From positions 1 to 23,225 of the forward strand of contig CAYVGZ010000014.1 in assembly GCA_964450845.1 (NCBI GenBank): DNA of 23,225 bases, written 5' to 3'. Both the position numbers and the translations under genes were made by a program. Position 1 is the first letter of the stretch; every line of letters begins with the position of its first letter. Under the pieces are notes generated by a model. That model did not search any database. It saw nothing but the letters and a program-made list of their open reading frames with translations, and had not been told where the DNA came from. Shown here piece by piece: positions 16,090 through 23,225 of this stretch. Source of the stretch: an uncultured Candidatus Bathyarchaeia archaeon. Lineage in GTDB: Archaea > Thermoproteota > Bathyarchaeia > Bathyarchaeales > Bathycorpusculaceae.

Positions 16090-16855
16090 GAAATAAGCTA
16101 TCGCCAGAGAACGCTAATATAATTTGTGCAGATTTCTGAGCACTCAAAAAATTTGTTTTAGAGTCAGCTTTGGCTTTTTTGCTTGCAGATGCGGAAATAG
16201 CAAAGTTGGCGATTAATATTATAATGATTGTTAGAACGACTAATATGAACATTCCAGAAGAGTTCTGCACAAAAAGCGCAAGGTACCCAATCCAAGGAAC
16301 CCGAAAAACAACCTTGCCAACCAAAAGCTTCTCAGAAATCATACCATTCAACGTGTAATTTTCGCGATAATCATTCCATCGGTCACATTCAGATGCGCTC
16401 GGCATCTCAGACCCAATGCTAGTTCCTACTCCATCGCCTTTCGTTCTAAAATAGACTGTGCCACTTTTTTCTTCTTTCGCCACTACTCTGGTTATGACTA
16501 ATCCACTGCTATCGTAAGAATTAGGCTTCGGAGAATGAAAAACCAGAATGTCACTTTTGGGATATGAAAATTTAACATCCCTAGAATCGACTCCTTGAAC
16601 TATTATTAAATCCCCCACATGCAACGTAGGTTCAAAAGGATGCACCAAACTATCACAGCTAGATTGGAAAACACACATGTTACTTGAGGAAACTGGTAAC
16701 ATCGGATATTCAGTGTTTAACATAACCTTTGAAGCAAACCAAAAACCCAGAAATCCTATGACAATTGCCGTTAAAAGCATAAGAACTTTCAAGATTTTTT
16801 CCCGTGATTTCTTATCGACTTGTTTAAACTTTGGTTTTTGAGATAAAAGTTGCAT
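16079..16855 (-). CDS. Signal peptidase I (S26) paralog, predicted catalytically inactive
   Basis: Box B reads VSSSNM (Asn at the nucleophile position), box D reads VITR (Thr for His), while PTLHVGD and TKGD are retained. The frame is intact at 258 aa and the stop overlaps the heliorhodopsin start by 11 nt. Confidence 0.82.
   Translation of the reverse strand: MQLLSQKPKFKQVDKKSREKILKVLMLLTAIVIGFLGFWFASKVMLNTEYPMLPVSSSNMCVFQSSCDSLVHPFEPTLHVGDLIIVQGVDSRDVKFSYPKSDILVFHSPKPNSYDSSGLVITRVVAKEEKSGTVYFRTKGDGVGTSIGSEMPSASECDRWNDYRENYTLNGMISEKLLVGKVVFRVPWIGYLALFVQNSSGMFILVVLTIIIILIANFAISASASKKAKADSKTNFLSAQKSAQIILAFSGDSLFHEL
16116..16122 (-). promoter_or_regulatory. Putative TATA box for heliorhodopsin, inside the 3' end of the upstream gene
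   Basis: TTATATT 27-33 nt upstream of ATG 16089, preceded by an A-rich BRE-like CACAAA. Confidence 0.45.
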
Positions 16856-16871
16856 ATTTTAAAATTGGCAT

Positions 16872-17837
16872 TTACTTATATATAGAATTAAGTTTCAACG
16901 CTTGTTTAAGTTTCTTAACAAGCTGTAAATATTTATTTGCCATCCAAAGGTTGAGGAATACGAGAATCAAAATTGAAACTTGTATCCACGAGAGCGTTGG
17001 AACACCTAGTCGTACAGCCCCATTTACCAAACAATCAATTTGGTATGTCAAGAAACCTTGAGACAGAAATGCCTCACTAACATATCCATAGTTTGCTTGA
17101 TACTGCAAATCAGAATACATGCCGCGGATGGTTACGTTCTGTGGTGGTTCAGCGCCTATTTGCCAAAAGGTAAAACTCCCAAATAGACTAAAAATCAAGA
17201 AACCTACGAGAAGCACATCTAAAATTAGGAAAAAAATTGTCTCGATGCCCAGTTTTCCAAATAGTTTCCTTTTTTCATGCGGCTCCTCATTAACAGATTT
17301 CTTCTCTTCATCACTGTCGAAAAGTAGTGATAATAAGATGTTAATCACAATAATTATTACAATAATGAAGTAGTAAAAATTCCCCAGCGCATTGACGAAC
17401 AAAGGAAAGTTACCTACATATGGGATTCTTGCTATTACTTTCCCAACAAGGTAGCTCTCATTAAATGGTAGATCCGACCCTGCGTTGTTGTCGCCCTTTG
17501 TAGTAAACTCGTAATAGTTGCCTTTTAGTACCTTTTCAACCGCTCTATGGACGATACGTTCATCCGGATGGGATGGCTTTCTGTAAACAATGATATCCCC
17601 TGTTGTGTAGTTGGCGTTTATTTGAGCTGCAGACACTCCTTGAACTATTATCACGTCGCCTACGTTTAATGTTGGCAACATGCTTGTAGAAACCACGGCT
17701 AACGCTGGGTATTGTGTGTTTAGCACTAGTTGCGAGCCATACCAGAAACCAAAAACTAGTGTTACCATTAAGATAATCATTATCGCTGTTTGGAAATACT
17801 CGTTTTTCCATACTTGTTTAAGTGTTGCTACTGCCAA
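16872..17837 (-). CDS. Signal peptidase I (archaeal/ER-type S26, Sec11-like) with a C-terminal membrane extension
   Basis: VVSTSMLPTLNVGD (Ser52), IVHR (His97) and KGDNN motifs, plus about 150 extra C-terminal residues with two TMs. TTG start. Confidence 0.9.
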   Translation of the reverse strand: MAVATLKQVWKNEYFQTAIMIILMVTLVFGFWYGSQLVLNTQYPALAVVSTSMLPTLNVGDVIIVQGVSAAQINANYTTGDIIVYRKPSHPDERIVHRAVEKVLKGNYYEFTTKGDNNAGSDLPFNESYLVGKVIARIPYVGNFPLFVNALGNFYYFIIVIIIVINILLSLLFDSDEEKKSVNEEPHEKRKLFGKLGIETIFFLILDVLLVGFLIFSLFGSFTFWQIGAEPPQNVTIRGMYSDLQYQANYGYVSEAFLSQGFLTYQIDCLVNGAVRLGVPTLSWIQVSILILVFLNLWMANKYLQLVKKLKQALKLNSIYK

Positions 17838-17997
17838 TGTTCTGCCTTCTTTTAGATGAAGCGTTCTTGTTGAATTAGGCTTTCATGTTTTAAAACTTAA
17901 CGCTTTTAAACTGAAAAAATAGGGGAAAGACAGGTAAGCTTAAAGTTCTATGACTTTTGTGTTTACCTTGGTTTTCTCTCTAGATTTTATTGAATTT

Positions 17998-18168
17998 TTA
18001 AATCTTCTTTTTGCTCAGCACTTCTCTGAAGGGTTTCTTGCATTTTGGACAGTCGAAAAGTCCGATTTCCAGCTGCATTCTTTTCCCTGACTTGTCTGGG
18101 CGTCCAGCCATTGTCCACTTCTTTTTAGGTGCCGAAACAAAGGTTCCACATTTTGGACATTTAGCCAT
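17998..18168 (-). CDS. Cren7-like small basic chromatin protein with zinc-ribbon CxxC pairs
   Basis: 56 aa from ATG 18168, with a GGAGG RBS at 18176-18180. KKWTMAG...LEIGLFDCPKCKKPFR parallels Cren7 KVWALAP...VKIGLFKDPETGKYFR. CPKC occurs twice. Confidence 0.8.
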   Translation of the reverse strand: MAKCPKCGTFVSAPKKKWTMAGRPDKSGKRMQLEIGLFDCPKCKKPFREVLSKKKI

Positions 18169-18684
18169 TTGATTTCCTCCAACATTCTCGATATCCATGG
18201 TTTCATATGATGATACATAAAAAACTTTCCATTGTTTTCGAATAGAATAACTCCATCACAACATCAAATTTAAACATGTTTTTTACAAAAGAATGAAACA
18301 TTTCTTCAAAAACTTTTAAGTTAAAGCCTAAAAGCGCTACATTATTGAGTGAAAGAGGCTATGGGGAAAGAATATTGCTTCTTTTTTATAGCTTACGATG
18401 GTTTTTGATGGGAAGTTTCAGCATAAATCCATCATTGGTGACCATTAGATGCATCCGCATGTTCATTATTGATGTATGACTCCTTATCTTCAAAAAACAG
18501 ATTTAAACAAAAAAGACATAGGAGAAACGGCTGAGATTGAGTTGAAGATGCTAAAACCAACATATCATTCGTTCCGTTAAACTCGGTGACATAGGCTTCA
18601 TTGTCTAGGCTTTTTGAAAAGCTTCCAAAATGCTTTTACCTATGGTTTTCCGCTTATTCTTTAGCATTTGAGGTTTAACCAAAC

Positions 18685-21561
18685 TTGAAAGAGCCTCCGA
18701 AAAACGTTTTTGATTTACTTGTTAAGCCCGTTCGAAGACTTGTCGAGCAGAAGGGATTCTCAAAACCAACAGAACCACAGGAGAAAACTATACCAAAAAT
18801 TCTTGAAGGAAAAAATGTGCTACTCATTTCGCCCACGGCTACTGGCAAAACCGAAGCTGCTTTTCTCCCAGTTTTAAACATGCTTCTCCAAGAACCGCAA
18901 GTTCCGGGCATCAAAGTTTTGTATATCACGCCTTTGCGGGCTTTGAACCGAGACATGTTAGAGAGGCTTGAATGGTGGTGCAATAACCTAGACATAAAAT
19001 TGGCTGTTAGGCACGGAGACACGGAAACAAAAGAACGAGTGAGGCAGTCTAGAAGCCCTCCAGACATTTTAATCACAACTCCTGAGACTTTGCAGGCGAT
19101 ATTGCCGGGATGGATTATGCGTCAGCATCTCCAACGGGTGCGCTGGGTAATAATCGACGAAGTGCATGAGATGGCTGACAGCAAACGGGGAAGCCAGCTC
19201 TCCTTGGCGTTGGAAAGATTGAGGATAATGGTTGGTAAAGAATTTCAAACAATAGGTTTATCCGCTACAATCGGAAGCCCAGAAAAGGTTGCTCAGTTCC
19301 TCGTGGGTAAAGGACGAAATGTGGAAATTGTCCACGTGCCAGTTGCCAGAATGATGCAATTAAAAATAGTTTTTCCAGAGCCCGACGACGAAGATGTCAA
19401 GCTTTCTTCACAACTTTACACGCACCCAGAAGTTGCAGCGAGACTTCGGATAATCCGCGACTACATAAGCGGGCATAAATCTGTGCTATTATTCACCAAC
19501 ACACGGGCAATATCAGAAGTTTTAGCAAGCAGATTCAAAGTCTGGGACATAGATTTTCCAGTTTCGATACATCATGGCTCCCTTGCCAAACCATCTCGAA
19601 TAGCTGCTGAAAGGGGCTTGAAAAACGGCGAATTGAAAGGACTTGTTTGCACAAGCAGCCTCGAATTAGGCATCGACGTAGGCAGAATAGACCTGGTCAT
19701 ACAGTACATGAGCCCAAGACAAGTTACGAGGCTCATACAGCGGGTCGGCAGAAGCGGTCACAGAATTGGACGCATTGCCGATGGAATAGTTGTTACAATG
19801 GATTCTGACGATACACTTGAAGCTCTCGCAATAGCCAGAAGAGCTTTAAAAGAAGAACTTGAACCAGTAGAAATTCCGCCTAAGCCCTATGACGTCTTAG
19901 CCCATCAAATTGCAGGTTTACTGCTTAAGAACAGAAGATTAGAATTTGGCGAAATTTTGGAAATGTTCAAAAACGCTTATCCCTACGAGGATTTAACAAT
20001 AGAGGACGTTGAAAAAATTCTTAGGTACATGCATCAACGTTTTCCACGTTTAGCATGGGTTTCCTTTGAAGACAAAGTGGTTCTGAAACCGCGAAGAACA
20101 AAAGCTCTCTTTGAATATTACTTTGAAAACTTATCAATGATACCAGAAGAAAAACAATTTTTAGTGATTGACGAATTAAGCGACTCTGCAGTAGGAGTTT
20201 TAGACGAAGCCTTCATGGCTGAATATGGCAAACCAGGAACAAAATTCATCATCAGAGGAAGCCCATGGCTGATATTGCACGTTTCCGAAGAAAAAGTCCA
20301 TGTGAAACCAGTTGACGACCCTACAGGGGCTATTCCAAGCTGGATAGGTGAAGAAATTCCAGTTCCGTTCGAAATTGCGCAGGAAGTAGGCTCAATTAGA
20401 GGCTTTGTTGAAGAACAAATGCGCAAGGGAATTTCACAAGAGGAAATAGCTGCTAAGATAAGTGAGCAGTATCCGTCTGACAAGGACACCGTTTTGCGTG
20501 CCTTGGCTGAAACAATAGAGCAGGTAGTGGCTGGATTCCAAGTTCCTACGGATAAACGAATAGTCATCGAAGACTGGGAAGAATTCGTCATACTTCACGC
20601 CAACTTCGGGTCTCTTACGAACAGAGCCTTAGCTCAATTGTTGGGTCAATTGCTTTCCGAGAAAATTGGATTCAGCGTTGTGGTTCAACATGACCCATAC
20701 CGTATTTTCGTGCAAACAATGGGTGCTACAAACGGGAGCTATATAGTTACGTTGTTTGATGAAATGCGGGCTATGCCAGATCAAGCAGTCAGAGACACTC
20801 TGACGATGGCAACTGTGAAAACTGGACTTTTCAAGAGGAGAATGATTCATGTGGCACGGCGTTTCGGAGCTTTAAAGAAGTGGGCTGACTTTAGCAACGT
20901 AAGTTTGCAGAGGCTGATAAAAAGTTTTGAGGGCACCCCAATTTACGAGGAAGCTTTAAAAGAAGTATTCACAAAGGACTTGGACTTGGAAAAGCTTGTT
21001 TTTGTTCTCGGGAAAATTCGAGAAGGCGAAATTCAATTACAAAAAGTCGAAACTGGCGGAAATGTAACACCTGTTGCCCGCGTTGGCATCGAACGAGTAA
21101 GCATGAAAACCGATTTGATTCCTCCAGAAAGGATGCGAGCCGTCCTAATAGAATCTGTAAAAGCGCGATTGCTGAACGAAACATGTACTTTTGTATGTAC
21201 AAACTGTTGGAGTTACGTGGAAATGATGCGTGTTAAAGATTTATCGGACAAGCCTAAATGTCCTAGATGCGGTTCCTCAGCCGTAGGGCTTCTAAGAGTG
21301 GAGGAAGAAAAAGCGCTTCCAATTATTGAAAAGAAAGGTGAAAAACTAACTAAAAGCGAGGAAAAACTGCATAGACAGGCATTGCAAACAGCTCAGTTAA
21401 TAGAAAAATATGGAAAAGTGGCAGCATTGGCGTTATGCGCCAGAAAAATTCAGCCACCAGATGTTAGGGAAGTTCTAGAGAAGCACTCTAGGCTCAGCGA
21501 CGAATTTTATGAACACATTCTTGAAGTTGAACGCAAAGCTATGAGCAAAAGATTTTGGTAA
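18685..21561 (+). CDS. lhr: Lhr-family SF2 ATP-dependent helicase with a C-terminal Cys4 motif
   Basis: SPTATGKT, YITPLRALNRD, DEVH, SAT, HHGSL, LELGIDVG and QRVGRSGH motifs, plus C-terminal CTNC...CPRC. TTG start with GAGGT RBS. Confidence 0.92.
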   Translation: MKEPPKNVFDLLVKPVRRLVEQKGFSKPTEPQEKTIPKILEGKNVLLISPTATGKTEAAFLPVLNMLLQEPQVPGIKVLYITPLRALNRDMLERLEWWCNNLDIKLAVRHGDTETKERVRQSRSPPDILITTPETLQAILPGWIMRQHLQRVRWVIIDEVHEMADSKRGSQLSLALERLRIMVGKEFQTIGLSATIGSPEKVAQFLVGKGRNVEIVHVPVARMMQLKIVFPEPDDEDVKLSSQLYTHPEVAARLRIIRDYISGHKSVLLFTNTRAISEVLASRFKVWDIDFPVSIHHGSLAKPSRIAAERGLKNGELKGLVCTSSLELGIDVGRIDLVIQYMSPRQVTRLIQRVGRSGHRIGRIADGIVVTMDSDDTLEALAIARRALKEELEPVEIPPKPYDVLAHQIAGLLLKNRRLEFGEILEMFKNAYPYEDLTIEDVEKILRYMHQRFPRLAWVSFEDKVVLKPRRTKALFEYYFENLSMIPEEKQFLVIDELSDSAVGVLDEAFMAEYGKPGTKFIIRGSPWLILHVSEEKVHVKPVDDPTGAIPSWIGEEIPVPFEIAQEVGSIRGFVEEQMRKGISQEEIAAKISEQYPSDKDTVLRALAETIEQVVAGFQVPTDKRIVIEDWEEFVILHANFGSLTNRALAQLLGQLLSEKIGFSVVVQHDPYRIFVQTMGATNGSYIVTLFDEMRAMPDQAVRDTLTMATVKTGLFKRRMIHVARRFGALKKWADFSNVSLQRLIKSFEGTPIYEEALKEVFTKDLDLEKLVFVLGKIREGEIQLQKVETGGNVTPVARVGIERVSMKTDLIPPERMRAVLIESVKARLLNETCTFVCTNCWSYVEMMRVKDLSDKPKCPRCGSSAVGLLRVEEEKALPIIEKKGEKLTKSEEKLHRQALQTAQLIEKYGKVAALALCARKIQPPDVREVLEKHSRLSDEFYEHILEVERKAMSKRFW

Positions 21562-21648
21562 CAGCTGAGACTTACAACAACTTTTAAATGAAAGCCTATT
21601 ATATTGTGCCTTAAACACCTTATCTCTTCTTGTAAGGAGAAAACCAGT

Positions 21649-21975
21649 TTGGAAATAAGTCGGAAAAAGCTTCGTGACGAAGTTCTTGAAAGAATCAAAT
21701 ACATCCAAAACTGTGTTTTGGCACGGGAAATCTGCCTACTTGTCCGTACGAACAGAGCCGTATTACAGCCTGAAGATGTGCAGAAAATCTGCCTCTCCGT
21801 ATCGAAGCTTTGCAAAGAATTTGGATGTCAAGAAGCAAGCGACATATGCGGCAAAGCCTCTGAAGCCATTGGTGCAGGAGATGAAAAAAAATACCTTGAA
21901 TTATGCGCTCAAAGCTGCATGAAATGTGGAGAAGCCAAAAAGCCAACGCCTAAAAAAGCCACATATGTTGCCTAG
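21649..21975 (+). CDS. Small Cys-rich helical protein (DUF326/copper-storage-protein-like, tentative)
   Basis: TTG at 21649 after an AAGGAG RBS. Nine Cys in 108 aa, at i/i+7 spacing plus a CxxxCxxC motif. Confidence 0.65.
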   Translation: MEISRKKLRDEVLERIKYIQNCVLAREICLLVRTNRAVLQPEDVQKICLSVSKLCKEFGCQEASDICGKASEAIGAGDEKKYLELCAQSCMKCGEAKKPTPKKATYVA

Positions 21976-22058
21976 AAATGCGTAAAATCTTTAAAAGAGC
22001 CGAGACATTGGATAAACCAGAACAAGCAGATAAGTCACATTCAAACGAGGGTTCATAA

Positions 22059-22535
22059 ATGTATATAGCACCATATGTTCCAAGCCCACCGCAAGTAGTC
22101 CGCCAAATACTCATTCTAGCCCAATTAAAACCTAGAGAAGTTTTCTTCGACTTAGGCGCAGGCGACGGCAGAGCAGTTATAATGGCTGCAAAAGATTTCG
22201 GCGCAAGAGCCGTGGGCGTAGAATTGCGAGAAGACCTCGTGAAAAAGGCGTTAAGCACAGTCTATGAGAATAGCCTCCAAGATAGAGTGACAATAGTGAA
22301 CGGGGACATTTTTAACGTAGACTTAACATCGGCAGACGTCATCTTCCTATATCTAACCACAAGCGCGAATGAAAAAGTTAAGCCCAAACTTGAAACTGAA
22401 CTTAAATCTGGAGTTCGCGTGGTTTCCCACGACTATGAAATTATTGGGTGGAAACCCGTCAAAGTTGAGAATTTCTGTGAAAATCCAACGTTAGGATACC
22501 CCTCTCACACAATTTATTTATACAAAAAAGTTTAG
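22059..22535 (+). CDS. Protein-lysine methyltransferase, archaeal aKMT-like (class I SAM-dependent)
   Basis: PYVPSP..VV, DLGAGDGR, A.GVE, LKPKLE.ELK.G.RVVSHDY and H.IYLY motifs, collinear with Sulfolobus aKMT as I recall it. Confidence 0.8.
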   Translation: MYIAPYVPSPPQVVRQILILAQLKPREVFFDLGAGDGRAVIMAAKDFGARAVGVELREDLVKKALSTVYENSLQDRVTIVNGDIFNVDLTSADVIFLYLTTSANEKVKPKLETELKSGVRVVSHDYEIIGWKPVKVENFCENPTLGYPSHTIYLYKKV

Positions 22536-22548
22536 GCTTTCTCGCATA

Positions 22549-22974
22549 GTGAAAATCATGTTGTCAGCTGCCTTTAGGACTTCGTTTAGAGTTTCATGGG
22601 CAGACACCGACGCTGCCCAAGTGGTACACTTCTCTAACTATTTCAGATTTTTCGAGAAAACAGAAGAGGAATTTTACAGGCACTTAGGTTTTACGTTCAA
22701 AGATGTTCATGACAGAGGATTATGGTTTCCACGGGTTGAAGCCTTCTGCCAATTCCAGAAACCAGCCAGATTCAACGACTTGCTTGAAGTAGAATTGACC
22801 ATAGAGGATTTAAGGGAAAAATCCATAAAATACGGCTTCAAAATCTTCAATAAAGAATCAGCCACGTTGTTGGCGAACGGCTACACGGTGGTTGTGGTAG
22901 CAGATAAACAAACTGGAAAAGCCACAAAATTTCCGACGGAAATTGCTGAGAAGCTGAAAACGTTTTACAAATAA
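22549..22974 (+). CDS. Acyl-CoA thioesterase (YbgC/FcbC hotdog family)
   Basis: RVSWADTDAAQVVHFSNYFRFFE and PARFND motifs. GTG start at 22549 or ATG at 22558. Confidence 0.9.
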   Translation: MKIMLSAAFRTSFRVSWADTDAAQVVHFSNYFRFFEKTEEEFYRHLGFTFKDVHDRGLWFPRVEAFCQFQKPARFNDLLEVELTIEDLREKSIKYGFKIFNKESATLLANGYTVVVVADKQTGKATKFPTEIAEKLKTFYK

Positions 22975-23225
22975 GTTTTTGAGAAGAGCCTGAGGGGAAA
23001 ATGTTTGCTGTGGCAATGTGTCTTGAAAAGATGTGATTATAGGCAAAGGATACATTTTCAAAGGAACAGTGAAATATTCATGCAGTATTTCGGTTCGTCT
23101 GGAGGCAAAACTTTCGGATTCGCCCAAAAAATCTGGTTAGAAGTGGTCAGTTTTGCGTTCACTTTTGCTCATATAGTTTAATTGTAGGGTTCAGTTAGAT
23201 ATATTTACGCTTGAGTTAAGAGTTG

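Noticed and set aside
18200-18680. Long AT-rich intergenic region with a ~60-codon open stretch (KSLDNEAYVTEFNGTN...) on the minus strand
   Set aside because: There is no convincing start, family match or repeat structure. Divergent promoters explain the region adequately.
21978-22058. 26-aa ORF (MRKIFKRAETL...) whose TAA directly abuts the aKMT ATG in frame
   Set aside because: An ORF this short is expected by chance, and the region contains a TATA-like TTTAAAA and the aKMT RBS.
959-22258. Numerous short ORFs overlapping called genes (e.g. 959-1318, 3186-3395, 8553-8972, 13784-14182, 18675-19076, 20118-20591, 21950-22258)
   Set aside because: They are antisense or alternate-frame shadows of well-supported genes, with no motifs or RBS.
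23137-23172. ATG with leaderless TATA spacing giving MSKSERKTDHF*
   Set aside because: It stops after 11 codons, and downstream frames match no family I recognise. It is possibly a pseudogene start but unsupported.
1-23225. CRISPR arrays, IS elements or transposases, integrases, rRNA, intact tRNA, inteins in RadA or Lhr, and Sec/Pyl read-through
   Set aside because: I saw no regularly spaced repeats, terminal inverted repeats with a transposase, GC-rich canonical RNA genes or intein motifs. The TAG-ending genes I checked show no in-frame homologous continuation.

Overview
Archaeal chromosomal window, most likely Bathyarchaeia (TACK), inferred from the radA, tbp, Ard1, Lhr and Cren7-like genes, the archaeal TATA and RBS motifs and the frequent TTG starts. 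It is mostly housekeeping backbone: radA, a two-subunit class I fumarase, an Ard1 acetyltransferase, a LarA-family racemase, an MFS transporter, a DUF885 protein, an MBL hydrolase, pyrE, tbp, an Lhr helicase, an aKMT-like lysine methyltransferase and a thioesterase. A more unusual stretch spans about 13.4-18.2 kb. It holds a rubrerythrin-VIT1 (MbfA-like) gene, a decayed tRNA-like element and an orphan ORF. It also holds a same-strand cluster of an intact signal peptidase I, a paralog with both catalytic residues replaced, and a heliorhodopsin overlapping that paralog, followed by a zinc-ribbon Cren7-like gene. A 131-bp, 92%-identical copy of the VIT1 gene's 3' end lies 12.9 kb away at 565-695. 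I saw no CRISPR array, transposase, integrase, rRNA or intact tRNA. All family calls are from motif recognition by eye; no database searches were run.
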